IMG/VR virus record: IMGVR_UViG_3300035145_003993 | Coordinates: 62,001-126,000 of that record | Length of the DNA stretch: 64,000 nucleotides | Direction: 5' to 3' (one strand) | In this document: positions 37,910-47,076 of the stretch, one piece after another | How the letters are laid out: every line of letters begins with the position of its first letter | Position numbering within the stretch: position 1 is the first letter of the stretch | Notes under the pieces: generated by a model | The model's input: the letters and a program-made list of their open reading frames with translations, nothing else | Database searches by the model: none | Told to the model about the DNA's origin: nothing | Translations under genes and position numbers: made by a program

Positions 37910-38176
37910 ATGAATTCCGATCTAATCGAAATCACAACAACTAGACAACATAAAAACGGTACTCGAATGTTTAAGTGCAATCGAACTGGAGCATTATATG
38001 GAAGTTATACTTCAGGTTACGCAAGAAGAAAAGTTAAACCAAATTCCACGTTTTATCAACTCAACAAGAAAGTTTTTTACAGTGCGGAAAAGAAAGCTGT
38101 AGTACGTGTTATGATAAAATCAGAAGCTGATCGACTCGAGCTTATTAACCAACGCAGTTTAAAATTTAGAAGATAG
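37910..38176 (+). CDS. Basic hypothetical protein
   Basis: NGTRMF..GALY...G..RR; weakly similar to 50975-51361. Confidence 0.65.
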   Translation: MNSDLIEITTTRQHKNGTRMFKCNRTGALYGSYTSGYARRKVKPNSTFYQLNKKVFYSAEKKAVVRVMIKSEADRLELINQRSLKFRR

Positions 38177-38186
38177 GAAAATAATA

Positions 38187-38447
38187 GTGAGTGACAAGCA
38201 TAGATTCGAAGAGATTATTGGTAAAATTAAAGTGCTACTTGATGAAGCTTTAGAGCTCGTACCTGAAGGTATTTCTAAATCTCGAGCTAAGTCTTATTGG
38301 TATGCTCATATGGTTGTAAATATAGACGAAGACCATGAATATATGAGTGGTAGTATGTGTTCTATGCAAGATACATTGGAAGAATTCGATGAAATCGATG
38401 AAGTAGATGAAGAAGAAGAAAATGAACCAAGATATTGGATGTCGTAG
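38187..38447 (+). CDS. Early protein family D (intact copy)
   Basis: LDEALELVPEG..RAKSYWY..HEYMSGSMCSM. Confidence 0.75.
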   Translation: MSDKHRFEEIIGKIKVLLDEALELVPEGISKSRAKSYWYAHMVVNIDEDHEYMSGSMCSMQDTLEEFDEIDEVDEEEENEPRYWMS

Positions 38448-38566
38448 GAGGAAGAAGACGATTACATTGCTACTAATCCTTTTCACACAAGGTCAGGAGT
38501 TTAGAGATTTACTACTATTGAAGAGAAAAGGATTAAATCAACTATTGTCATTTGGAGATGTGAAAA

Positions 38567-38779
38567 ATACTATATACAGTTTGGGTAGGTGGAATAGAGG
38601 TTAATGATGACTACTTCGATAACATTCACGAAGCTCGCTTATTAGCAAGAGAATATGTTAATGAAGGTTACACAGACGTTTTTATAGAAGCAAGAAAATG
38701 GTCTGAGATTTTTCAAGATGATTTAAACAAAATTAAAAGAAACAGAAATAAAAAGGAAAAACAAGATGCCAATGCCTAG
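38567..38779 (+). pseudogene. Family E reading frame lacking an in-frame start
   Basis: YTVWVGGIEVNDDYF...EYVNEGYTDVFI is homologous to 42776-42967. The upstream ATG is followed by TGA, and the upstream GTG is out of frame by one A in an A5 run. Confidence 0.5.
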
Positions 38780-38969
38780 AGAATATACTATTTTGATGAG
38801 AGATTTAGTTGAAGACGAAATGTTAGATGCTAAAGAAGTTCTGTTCAATCTTTTAAACTGGTTGCCTGAAGATGATGTATATGAGTTCAGTCAAGATGAA
38901 TATGATGTTGCAATAAACTCAGCATATAAATCAAAGTATGATTCTTTGGATGTAAGTAATGAGGAATAA
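38766..38969 (+). CDS. Acidic hypothetical protein
   Basis: AAAGGA SD. Confidence 0.6.
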   Translation: MPMPREYTILMRDLVEDEMLDAKEVLFNLLNWLPEDDVYEFSQDEYDVAINSAYKSKYDSLDVSNEE

Positions 38970-39164
38970 ATGGAGAACAAATATCCTTTTAAAACTGGTG
39001 ATATTATTAATTTTAGAAGCAATTATTATGGTTTAATAGTTAGTGCAAAATACCGTAATAGTTATATTTGGCTTGAAGTTTTAAATACCAACTCTGATGT
39101 TAGACAGCTTAACTTAACTTTTTTAGAAAATCATAGTTACGCTTATAAAGTTATTAACGTATAA
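38970..39164 (+). CDS. SH3/KOW-like small protein
   Basis: FKTGDIINF..YGLIV. Confidence 0.55.
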   Translation: MENKYPFKTGDIINFRSNYYGLIVSAKYRNSYIWLEVLNTNSDVRQLNLTFLENHSYAYKVINV

Positions 39165-39230
39165 GTTAGATTAATTGTTTGTTATAATATATTATAAAAT
39201 AACAGCAATCATTCTCTCAAAAGGAAAAAA

Positions 39231-39509
39231 ATGCTTAAAAACGTTTCTTATAAAAACAAGTTTTCTTTAACTTTTTTTATCATGGCAAAGTTAATTTCAC
39301 TACCTACAGCTTTTTCAATAGTTAATGGCGACTTAGATAAAGCTTTTATTCTATTATCAGTCTATAGTTTTTTAATATTTATAACAATTGTTTTATCAAT
39401 AATTCCTGATAAGAAGAAAGAAATAAAAATCCCAGATGGAGAATTCTATTCAGACGGTATGGTATTAAAAATAGTTAACGGAAAGATTCAAGATTTTAAA
39501 AATTTGTAA
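39231..39509 (+). CDS. Membrane protein
   Basis: Two TM segments; AAAGGA SD. Confidence 0.6.
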   Translation: MLKNVSYKNKFSLTFFIMAKLISLPTAFSIVNGDLDKAFILLSVYSFLIFITIVLSIIPDKKKEIKIPDGEFYSDGMVLKIVNGKIQDFKNL

Positions 39510-39582
39510 GTGCAATTTAAATAAATTATAAGTATAATATACCATAAGGCATTAACAATCAATCATTCAAAAGGAAAAAAAC

Positions 39583-40035
39583 ATGTCTAACTTAAATTAT
39601 AAACCAGCACATAATGTAACTCGAATCAGAAGAATAACTTGTATGAGTCACGATATTGAAGGTATATGTCATTTTGAAGTGGATGGTGCTGATTACTCTT
39701 CAGATATTAAATTTTTTGAAATGGCATATATAGCTCAACGTAAACAGTTGTTTAAAGATATGGGATGGGGCAAATGGACTAAAATGGGAGACTTGGGGTT
39801 TCAAAACTATCTTCTTGTAAAAGAAAAAAATAATTATAGTTTAAGTTATTATGAAAACAAATTTACATACAGAGTATCAGCTCAAATAAAATGTTGTGGT
39901 AAATGGTTAGGATTAGGAAAGTTTACTAATACTTGTAATAAATGTGGTGCAGATTATAATGGTAGTGGACAGCTCTTAGCTCCTCGACATTATTGGGGAG
40001 AAGATACAGGCGAGCACTGGACTGATTGTATTTAA
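39583..40035 (+). CDS. Hypothetical protein with C-terminal Zn ribbon
   Basis: KCCG...TCNKCGADYNGSGQLL.P..WGE. Confidence 0.7.
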   Translation: MSNLNYKPAHNVTRIRRITCMSHDIEGICHFEVDGADYSSDIKFFEMAYIAQRKQLFKDMGWGKWTKMGDLGFQNYLLVKEKNNYSLSYYENKFTYRVSAQIKCCGKWLGLGKFTNTCNKCGADYNGSGQLLAPRHYWGEDTGEHWTDCI

Positions 40036-40062
40036 TTTAAACAAGAGAATTATAGAATTATT

Positions 40063-40416
40063 ATGTTAATATATCAAGAAAAAATGTTAAAAGAAAATTT
40101 GCCTTGGAAAAATAGCGAAGAAGTTTTAAGATTTAATATTGAAACATTTAATAAATACTTTTTGAAGGTAGGAAAATCTGATCGATATGGATCAGAAACT
40201 GCCCTAATAAGATTAGACGAAAGTTTGTCATCAATGAGAGAATTAGGAAGTCAATTTTTATTTCTCATTATTCTAAAGTTAATTAACATTGAAATTAAAA
40301 ACTTACAGTCAAGAAAAAATCAAAATTATTCAGATAAACAAATGACAAACAAAGCAATTGCTAACATGATTTTCCATTCAGATATGTTTAATCAAGCTAT
40401 TAGTATAAGGAATTAA
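40063..40416 (+). CDS. Hypothetical protein
   Basis: 117-aa ORF in the operon. Confidence 0.5.
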   Translation: MLIYQEKMLKENLPWKNSEEVLRFNIETFNKYFLKVGKSDRYGSETALIRLDESLSSMRELGSQFLFLIILKLINIEIKNLQSRKNQNYSDKQMTNKAIANMIFHSDMFNQAISIRN

Positions 40417-40420
40417 AATA

Positions 40421-40612
40421 ATGTATGAAGTTGTAAGAAATAATAAAGTAATTAGTAAGCATAAATCAAGAAAATTAGCTGAAAAGTCTATGCATAGAGC
40501 AATGAAAAAAGAATCAGAATTACTTTCACAAAAAAACAACATGTATTCTTTTATTGGTTGGAATGATAAAACTACTTATACAACAGGATTTTATTGTGTA
40601 AGACAAAGATAA
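40421..40612 (+). CDS. Early protein family F (copy 1)
   Basis: Near-duplicate of 42408-42596. Confidence 0.75.
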   Translation: MYEVVRNNKVISKHKSRKLAEKSMHRAMKKESELLSQKNNMYSFIGWNDKTTYTTGFYCVRQR

Positions 40613-40713
40613 TAGTTTAACAAATGTGTATTTGTAATAAATTATTATTATAATAAAACATAAGGTAATTCATTTAAAAAAACTTTCAACCACTCAGTCA
40701 AAAAGGATATAAT

Positions 40714-41337
40714 ATGGCTCTTTCAAGAGATAAATATGTTAACAACACAGAAGAAAATCGAAATAAACTAATTGACAAGATCTTATGTGATGCAAAATTA
40801 GATAAGGTTTTAAATATAGCTTATCAAGGTCTAATAGAACGTTATATTGATAATGATCAAGCATTCATTGAAGATTACTATGAAATATTTCCAGACGAAG
40901 ATCCTGAACTAAATGGTGTTCAAGAAGAAGAAAAAAATAAAATTATTTATTATCATGGACATCACAGCAATCCGTGTGTAGTAGGAGAAATACACATACC
41001 TACTCTTATAAAAATGACTGATGGTTCACATCATACAGATATTGAAGTTATCATGATAACACATGACATTATATGTGAAGATTATAATGACAACCTTAGC
41101 GACATTACCAAAGTCTGGGATAGCCAAACGCAATCTGAAGTTTATAACAGTCGATATGATACTGACCCAGATACATGTATTCATATCCCCTTAAACATAG
41201 GAGAACACACATCCTTATCCAGTCAAGTCCTCAAGCAAATTTTATTAAAGAAAAACGTAGAGCTTGTCAAGATTCAATATGACGTCAACGGTCACTACAC
41301 TCTTGACGAGTTCCTAACAGAATGTTTAGGTGTATAA
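40714..41337 (+). CDS. Two-domain fusion protein (36362-like + 33823-like)
   Basis: See findings; promoter 40626. Confidence 0.7.
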   Translation: MALSRDKYVNNTEENRNKLIDKILCDAKLDKVLNIAYQGLIERYIDNDQAFIEDYYEIFPDEDPELNGVQEEEKNKIIYYHGHHSNPCVVGEIHIPTLIKMTDGSHHTDIEVIMITHDIICEDYNDNLSDITKVWDSQTQSEVYNSRYDTDPDTCIHIPLNIGEHTSLSSQVLKQILLKKNVELVKIQYDVNGHYTLDEFLTECLGV

Positions 41338-41340
41338 GAA

Positions 41341-41547
41341 ATGAAATACTATGCTTACATACCATCAGACTGTGGTCAAGAACCGATTGGTACAAATGGT
41401 AGAATACTATTTAAAAGTAACACGAATGAAGATGCAATTAAACATGTAGAGAAAACTCTTGGTAATAGATATATGATTTTCAGTTATACTAATCTTTATA
41501 ATAAAAGGAAAAAATATAAACTTGTAATGGCTAGTCATTATATTTAA
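41341..41547 (+). CDS. Small protein family G (cf. 48988-49185)
   Basis: YYAY..F..AIK..LG..Y.IF. Confidence 0.55.
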   Translation: MKYYAYIPSDCGQEPIGTNGRILFKSNTNEDAIKHVEKTLGNRYMIFSYTNLYNKRKKYKLVMASHYI

Positions 41548-41592
41548 TTACTTCTCTAATTACTTCTAATTAAATCTTCAAGAGAAAATTTT

Positions 41593-41919
41593 ATGAAATT
41601 ACTAAATCCAGACGCAAAAATCGAAATCATTTGGGAGTTAGGTCATTATACTAGAGACAATGATTATATACCACCGAAAGATAATTTGTTTGATATATGT
41701 ATTGACATGGATAATGATCTAGGCATTGAACATGAAAATCTTTCTGATGATGTTCTATATGATTTATTAATAGATTATTTAAAACTCCCTAGAACTGTTG
41801 TTCTAAGTGGTTTAGAATCAGGGCATCCACGTATCGATGATTATCTCTACATTTATGATACTTACCTATCAAATATATCTAATGGCTTTGCTCCAAAATC
41901 TTTTAAAGAAATTAAATAA
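41593..41919 (+). CDS. Acidic hypothetical protein
   Basis: KIEIIWE pattern, like 32248 and 59149. Confidence 0.55.
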   Translation: MKLLNPDAKIEIIWELGHYTRDNDYIPPKDNLFDICIDMDNDLGIEHENLSDDVLYDLLIDYLKLPRTVVLSGLESGHPRIDDYLYIYDTYLSNISNGFAPKSFKEIK

Positions 41920-41932
41920 CAAAGGAAATTAT

Positions 41933-42310
41933 ATGAAAACTTTAGTTGTAAAATTTAATACTAGCGATAATCCTTGGATTCAAAAAATCGAAGAAGCAGA
42001 ATTCTCTAGAGAAAAAATTGAGTCCATTGCAAAAAGTTTAATTGTTGAATGTACAGGAAGAGATTATACATCTTCCTTTCAATATGGTAAACATGTCTCT
42101 TTTGTTATAGAAAAAGTTTGGGATAGTACATGTGGATCTATTATTCCTTTTTATAAAGCTTTACTTATAGTGTTAAGAGAAATGTATAATCCTGATGATG
42201 GTTGGAATGGAGGAGCAACAGCAGCAATAAGATGTATTGAAACACGTTTAGCTTATGCTTCACCAGGGTTTATTGAAGCTAAAAGATATAATGAATTATA
42301 TGGAAGTTAA
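41933..42310 (+). CDS. Hypothetical protein (start MKTLVV)
   Basis: AAAGGA SD. Confidence 0.6.
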   Translation: MKTLVVKFNTSDNPWIQKIEEAEFSREKIESIAKSLIVECTGRDYTSSFQYGKHVSFVIEKVWDSTCGSIIPFYKALLIVLREMYNPDDGWNGGATAAIRCIETRLAYASPGFIEAKRYNELYGS

Positions 42311-42407
42311 AATGATCAAGGTTTAATTAAGTGTAATTTAAATCAATTTGGTATTATAATAAACCATAAGGTAATTCAATCAACCATCCAACTAAAAAGG
42401 AAACATA

Positions 42408-42596
42408 ATGTTTGAAGTAGTAAGAAACGAAATAGTTATTAGCCGTCATAAAACAAGATCAGCAGCTGAAAAGAAAATGAATCAATTAATGAAGAAAGAG
42501 TCATCAGAACAGTCTGCTAAAAACAGTTTATATGCTTTCATTGGATGGGAATATAGAATACCAACAACTGGTGTTTATTGTGTAAGAGAAAGATAG
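42408..42596 (+). CDS. Early protein family F (copy 2)
   Basis: MFEVVRNEIVISRHKTR..TGVYCVRER. Confidence 0.75.
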   Translation: MFEVVRNEIVISRHKTRSAAEKKMNQLMKKESSEQSAKNSLYAFIGWEYRIPTTGVYCVRER

Positions 42597-42605
42597 GAGT
42601 AACTA

Positions 42606-42776
42606 ATGAACTTTATAAGGTTTGAAGTAACAGGTATGTTGAGAGATGGTAGCAGATTTGAGAAAATGGTGTTCAGCTCCTTTAAAACAGCATCAATGAT
42701 CAATCTATACTCTGGTTCTGTTTGGGGGATTACTGAAGATGGTAAGCGTAAATTGTTAAGAAGGGTATATAACTAA
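42606..42776 (+). CDS. 56-aa conserved phage-type protein (not in the track)
   Basis: AGGAG SD; FEVTG..DGSRF..MINLYSGSVWG..GKRKLLRRVYN. Confidence 0.65.
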   Translation: MNFIRFEVTGMLRDGSRFEKMVFSSFKTASMINLYSGSVWGITEDGKRKLLRRVYN

Positions 42777-42967
42777 TGATGAACTATACCGTGTGGGCTG
42801 GAGGAACAGAAGTTTGTGATGAATATCTCAACAGTTTGGAAGCTGCACAAAGAATTGCAGACGAGTATCGTAAAAAAGGATATGATGACGTTATTATAAT
42901 GTGGCAACCAGAAGAAATTACCGTGGATGATCTTGTAAGTGTAATTAAGAATCATCACCAATTATAA
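42776..42967 (+). CDS. Early protein family E (intact copy)
   Basis: YTVWAGGTEVCDEYL..EY..KGYDDV. Confidence 0.7.
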   Translation: MMNYTVWAGGTEVCDEYLNSLEAAQRIADEYRKKGYDDVIIMWQPEEITVDDLVSVIKNHHQL

Positions 42968-43015
42968 TAAATCACAAATCATATTCACTCAATCATTCAA
43001 AAAGGATTTAATTAT

Positions 43016-43495
43016 ATGAATCAATCAGCAATCAAAGAACTTAATGAGTTAATAAACGAAGAGTACTCAATTGAAATCAATCTATCACAATCTGTAATTT
43101 TGTGTGGTTATGACGAAGGCGAACTTGAGGAATCGTTTTACTACCCGTCAATCTACGACATTAAGCTTCACGCAAAACCAGAAAACATCAAAGAAGAATT
43201 AAGAAGTTCTTTAAACGTCTTAATGAAAGAAATTGTAGATTACGGAACACTTGAAAAATATTATCAGGAATGTTTTAATTATACAGATGATAGTATTGTT
43301 TCATTGAGACTAGTTAATGAAAATAGAACAAAACCCTCTGAAGAAGAAGTTGAATTATGGAAATCTGGAGAGTATAGTTTATATCATGAGTATACATACT
43401 TTGAGACTAAAATAAATGGCACAACAATTGGTGCAGAGTTAATCAGCAAGTTAATTGAAAGTGAGGAGTATGATGTCGAACAAGTTACGGTTTGA
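43016..43495 (+). CDS. Early protein family C (copy 2)
   Basis: Paralogue of 37432-37884. Confidence 0.8.
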   Translation: MNQSAIKELNELINEEYSIEINLSQSVILCGYDEGELEESFYYPSIYDIKLHAKPENIKEELRSSLNVLMKEIVDYGTLEKYYQECFNYTDDSIVSLRLVNENRTKPSEEEVELWKSGEYSLYHEYTYFETKINGTTIGAELISKLIESEEYDVEQVTV

Positions 43496-43705
43496 AAAAA
43501 TTAAAGATCAGATTAAAGAGTTAATTGATGAAGCAATTGATCTTGTACCTGAAGGTGGTGTTAAGGAACGTGCTCGATCTTACTGGTATCACACATCATT
43601 ATGGCATTAGACAATGATCACGGTTATATGGGTGGAAGTATGTGTACTATGGAGGATACTGCTAACGAGTTTGATGAAGACAATGAGGATGAATATGATC
43701 GATAA
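43473..43705 (+). pseudogene. Family D copy with a 1-nt frameshift near 43590
   Basis: MSNKLRFEKIK..LVPEG..RARSYWY in one frame; HIIMALDNDHGYMGGSMCTMEDT..EFDE continues in another. Together they match 38187-38447. Confidence 0.75.
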
Positions 43706-43934
43706 AGAAACAGCAAAAAAGATCTCAGAAATTTCTTTAGTTCTTGGTAAAAGTAAAAAATTTAATATAGATTTAGAAATAAAAATAATTAATTATCTTG
43801 AAGGCGTTCAAGTTAACTGGTTTGGATCTGGTCATAGTTTTATGTGGAGATCTACTAATTGGAATCCAAATGAACTAGAACATTATTCTGGTAATAATGA
43901 GTGTAATATATATAAGTGGAAGTATATCATGTAA
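43695..43934 (+). CDS. Hypothetical protein (start MIDKET)
   Basis: C-terminal part of track ORF 43614-43934; GAGGA SD. Confidence 0.5.
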   Translation: MIDKETAKKISEISLVLGKSKKFNIDLEIKIINYLEGVQVNWFGSGHSFMWRSTNWNPNELEHYSGNNECNIYKWKYIM

Positions 43935-44143
43935 TGTCTGAAAGATATGTTTTATTGTTTTTAAGTTTTTGGTTTTCGACATTTTTCTTTTCAATGTCTA
44001 TTACAGATAGTTTATTATGTTTTGAATGTTTATCCTTAATTGATAAGTTTTTAGCAACTTTATTGTGTATTCTTTGTAGTTTCGAATTATCGAAAAAAAT
44101 AATTCTAAAATTATTAGAAAAAGAAAAAACATCTGAAAAGTGA
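43934..44143 (+). CDS. Membrane protein
   Basis: TAATG coupling; two TM segments. Confidence 0.5.
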   Translation: MSERYVLLFLSFWFSTFFFSMSITDSLLCFECLSLIDKFLATLLCILCSFELSKKIILKLLEKEKTSEK

Positions 44144-44161
44144 TTTAAGAAAGAAGTTTAA

Positions 44162-44434
44162 ATGAATCCTGAATATGATAGAGGTGATATCCTAATAAAA
44201 AGAATTTCTAATGGGTGGTTAGTTGTTCAAGGAAGCGAGTATGATGAGGACCGTACTCAAATATTTGTGTATGAGGATAAAGAAAATCCTAACTATATAG
44301 CTGAATCATTGTATAATTTGTTATGCGATCAATTTGAATGTTATATGCAATCAAAAAATACTGCAGGCATTAATATGAGATTTTCACATAAATCATTAAG
44401 TGAAGAAGAAGAAGAGAAAGATAAAGATATTTAA
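44162..44434 (+). CDS. Hypothetical protein
   Basis: IKRISNGWLV motif, common in small phage proteins. Confidence 0.6.
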   Translation: MNPEYDRGDILIKRISNGWLVVQGSEYDEDRTQIFVYEDKENPNYIAESLYNLLCDQFECYMQSKNTAGINMRFSHKSLSEEEEEKDKDI

Positions 44435-44526
44435 TTTTTAATGTGTATATTCATTTATTAATTGGTATAATATACCATAAGGAATAAAACAAATTAATTA
44501 ACTTTTCTTTTAAATGGAGTTTTATT

Positions 44527-44694
44527 ATGGCAGCTAACGTATTCTTTTCTATTATTTTATTTATTTTAATTCTTTCTTTTTTTCAAATGTTTTTCTATTT
44601 ATTGGCAGTTTATCCTCAAGTTGCTTTTTCAATTGTAACATTTATCGTATTATTTAGTTTATACTATGATCTCTATCTTGTAAGAAAGAGTTAA
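44527..44694 (+). CDS. 55-aa membrane peptide
   Basis: Promoter 44443, GGAG SD; hydrophobic. Confidence 0.5.
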   Translation: MAANVFFSIILFILILSFFQMFFYLLAVYPQVAFSIVTFIVLFSLYYDLYLVRKS

Positions 44695-44706
44695 ATAACA
44701 AAGTTT

Positions 44707-44943
44707 ATGAAAAAAAATAAAATCAAATTATCTTTTTCATCAAAAGAAAAAAGTATTTTAAAAGACTTAAGATCTTTAAAAGGGCACATTTATAGATTAC
44801 CTTCTTTTTTCAAATATAAAAACGAAAGATATATTTTCTGTGTTCAATCTAGCGGAAAACACTATATTGAGAAAATGGCGAAAGAAGGATCTTATTGGGA
44901 AATTCTATGGCTAAAAAATGAGAATATATATCTTTTGAAATAA
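44707..44943 (+). CDS. Basic hypothetical protein
   Basis: 78-aa ORF. Confidence 0.5.
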   Translation: MKKNKIKLSFSSKEKSILKDLRSLKGHIYRLPSFFKYKNERYIFCVQSSGKHYIEKMAKEGSYWEILWLKNENIYLLK

Positions 44944-45036
44944 GAAATTTTATGTGTATAATTTATTTAATTAATGTATAATAAAACATAAGGTTTATAA
45001 TTAAAAATTTCAATCATTCATTCATTAGGAAAAAAA

Positions 45037-46215
45037 ATGGATATTTCAAACTATCAATCAGAATATAATAATCTTGTAACTTTTGTTGATCTTATTGTTA
45101 ATAAAGGTAAAATAAAAAACAATAAAGATAAAAAAGAAAAATGGGCTTCGTTTAAAAAAGAAAACGAATCTGAAATTAGGGATCTCCTTAATATTCCTAA
45201 TGAATTAAAAGATAATCCTTGTAATCTTGTCAGTTTCGATATTGATGAAGAAAAAAACTTATTATTATTAAACTATACTTCACAAGCTCATAATGTTCTC
45301 CATGTTTATAAAAATGGATGGTCAAATGAACTTAAACTTTGTAGAGGGTTAGTTTTTTCTATTAAAAATAAAATTAAGTTAGTAAGTAGAGGATTTGAAA
45401 AATTCTTTAACGCTAACGAAACTAAAAAATCTCTTCAAGAAGAATTAACAAGAACTTACGATAAAGATCAATTATTCGATGCTTATGAAAAAATAGATGG
45501 TCACATGATAGAGTTTTTTGAACACGAAAATAAAATGTGTGCTACTACTCGAGGAAAATTTAATACTATATCTTCAAAAGAATCATTAAGTTTAATTTCG
45601 TATGAAGAATGGAATCAATGTAAAGATTATTTATTATCTAAGTATAATATAAACTTAATGACTATTGTAGCAGAATTAGTTACTCCATTTTCAAAAGTCT
45701 TAGTTGATTATTTCAATGATGAATGTGTTTACATATTAGCATCATACGACAATAAAGGAAATAAAATCAGTTATGACCTTTTAAAAGAAATATCAAGTTT
45801 TATTAATAAATCTAAATTACCAGAAAAGAGAAGATACACACTTTCAGAAATGTTTAAAGAAGTTACAAGAAGAGATATTAATAACCATGAAGGATGGGTT
45901 CTTAATCTCGATGGTGTCTTACTTAAATTCAAGTATAACAATTATATTGGAATGATGGTTAGTAATAAGATGTGTTATAAATATCTTATGCAAACTATGA
46001 TTAATAAAACAACTAATAAAATGGTTTCTACTTTAGACAAAGAATCTATAAAAGAAGTTGAATTACTTCTTAATAATATTGATCTTAAGATTACTGAATG
46101 TAAAACTATTTCTACTTATAAACCTTTATATGAATTATGGTCTGATGAGGAAGGAAGCTTAAACTACTTCAGATTGGTCTGTCGGAAATTTTACAAAAAC
46201 CTAATTAATGTGTAA
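45037..46215 (+). CDS. RNA ligase, T4 Rnl1-like
   Basis: LLLNY..CRGLVF..VSRGFEKFFN; motif I YEKIDG; AEL; motif IV EGWV; motif V LKFK. Confidence 0.88.
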   Translation: MDISNYQSEYNNLVTFVDLIVNKGKIKNNKDKKEKWASFKKENESEIRDLLNIPNELKDNPCNLVSFDIDEEKNLLLLNYTSQAHNVLHVYKNGWSNELKLCRGLVFSIKNKIKLVSRGFEKFFNANETKKSLQEELTRTYDKDQLFDAYEKIDGHMIEFFEHENKMCATTRGKFNTISSKESLSLISYEEWNQCKDYLLSKYNINLMTIVAELVTPFSKVLVDYFNDECVYILASYDNKGNKISYDLLKEISSFINKSKLPEKRRYTLSEMFKEVTRRDINNHEGWVLNLDGVLLKFKYNNYIGMMVSNKMCYKYLMQTMINKTTNKMVSTLDKESIKEVELLLNNIDLKITECKTISTYKPLYELWSDEEGSLNYFRLVCRKFYKNLINV

Positions 46216-46294
46216 TTTACTATTTATAAAGTTATAATAAAACATAATCTATATCCTTAATAAAAAATCAACTTTCTTTTAAAGGAAAATAAAA

Positions 46295-46990
46295 ATGAAT
46301 AAAGGCTTTCAATATGAAAAAACGATTTTATCGTTAATGAAAACAAACGGCTACGTTTCTGAAGAATTCTTGACTCAAGAATCAGCAGGAAGTGATAGTA
46401 CAAAACCTGATCTTGTTTTGAATTTAAACGGAAAAGATCTTAATATTGAACTTAAAGAAAGCATCAAATCACAAGCTGGTGGAACAAGTATTAGATATAC
46501 AAATGGTTTGTTTGAATTGGTAAAAGACATTGATGGTATAGATAAACAAGATATCTACGACTTACTTTGTAATAATAAAAATCACTTTGATAACATATTA
46601 GATTTTCATCAAGCTAATAATATACCTTTTTCAACTAGTAAGAAAAAATGGTTGGAATCTGTTGAAAGAGGTCTCTTAAAAAAGACAAATTTCAAAATCG
46701 ATTGTAAACCATCTTTTATAGAAAATCATTATACTAATAAAAATACTTATTACATCAATATAGGTAAAAAAGGTCTTTATTATATGAAAGAAGATATTGC
46801 AAATCTTGGAGTTCCAAGATTTAAAGCTAAAATTGACTTAGAAATAAGATTAACTAGAAACGGGTCTAAGTTAAACTCTAAAGGCGAAAGAGTATGTTCT
46901 TCATCATTAAGAATTCAATCAAGAATTAAAAAACTAGAAAAAAGCCCGTTTAGTCTTGAAAATATCGATTCAATGTTAAGATTTAAATAA
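46295..46990 (+). CDS. PD-(D/E)xK restriction-endonuclease-like protein
   Basis: KPDLVL...NIELK; YYINIGKKGLY. Confidence 0.7.
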   Translation: MNKGFQYEKTILSLMKTNGYVSEEFLTQESAGSDSTKPDLVLNLNGKDLNIELKESIKSQAGGTSIRYTNGLFELVKDIDGIDKQDIYDLLCNNKNHFDNILDFHQANNIPFSTSKKKWLESVERGLLKKTNFKIDCKPSFIENHYTNKNTYYINIGKKGLYYMKEDIANLGVPRFKAKIDLEIRLTRNGSKLNSKGERVCSSSLRIQSRIKKLEKSPFSLENIDSMLRFK

Positions 46991-47076
46991 ATGTTCAAAA
47001 AGTTTAAAGTGCATCTTTTCTTTTTAAATAATATAATAAATCATAATTTCAATCCTATCATTTAAAGGAATTTCTT

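Noticed and set aside
38407-38604. Track ORF 38407-38604 and extended starts of 28371, 34764, 41837 and 43614
   Set aside because: They overlap better-supported genes or promoters; SD-supported internal starts or other frames were chosen.
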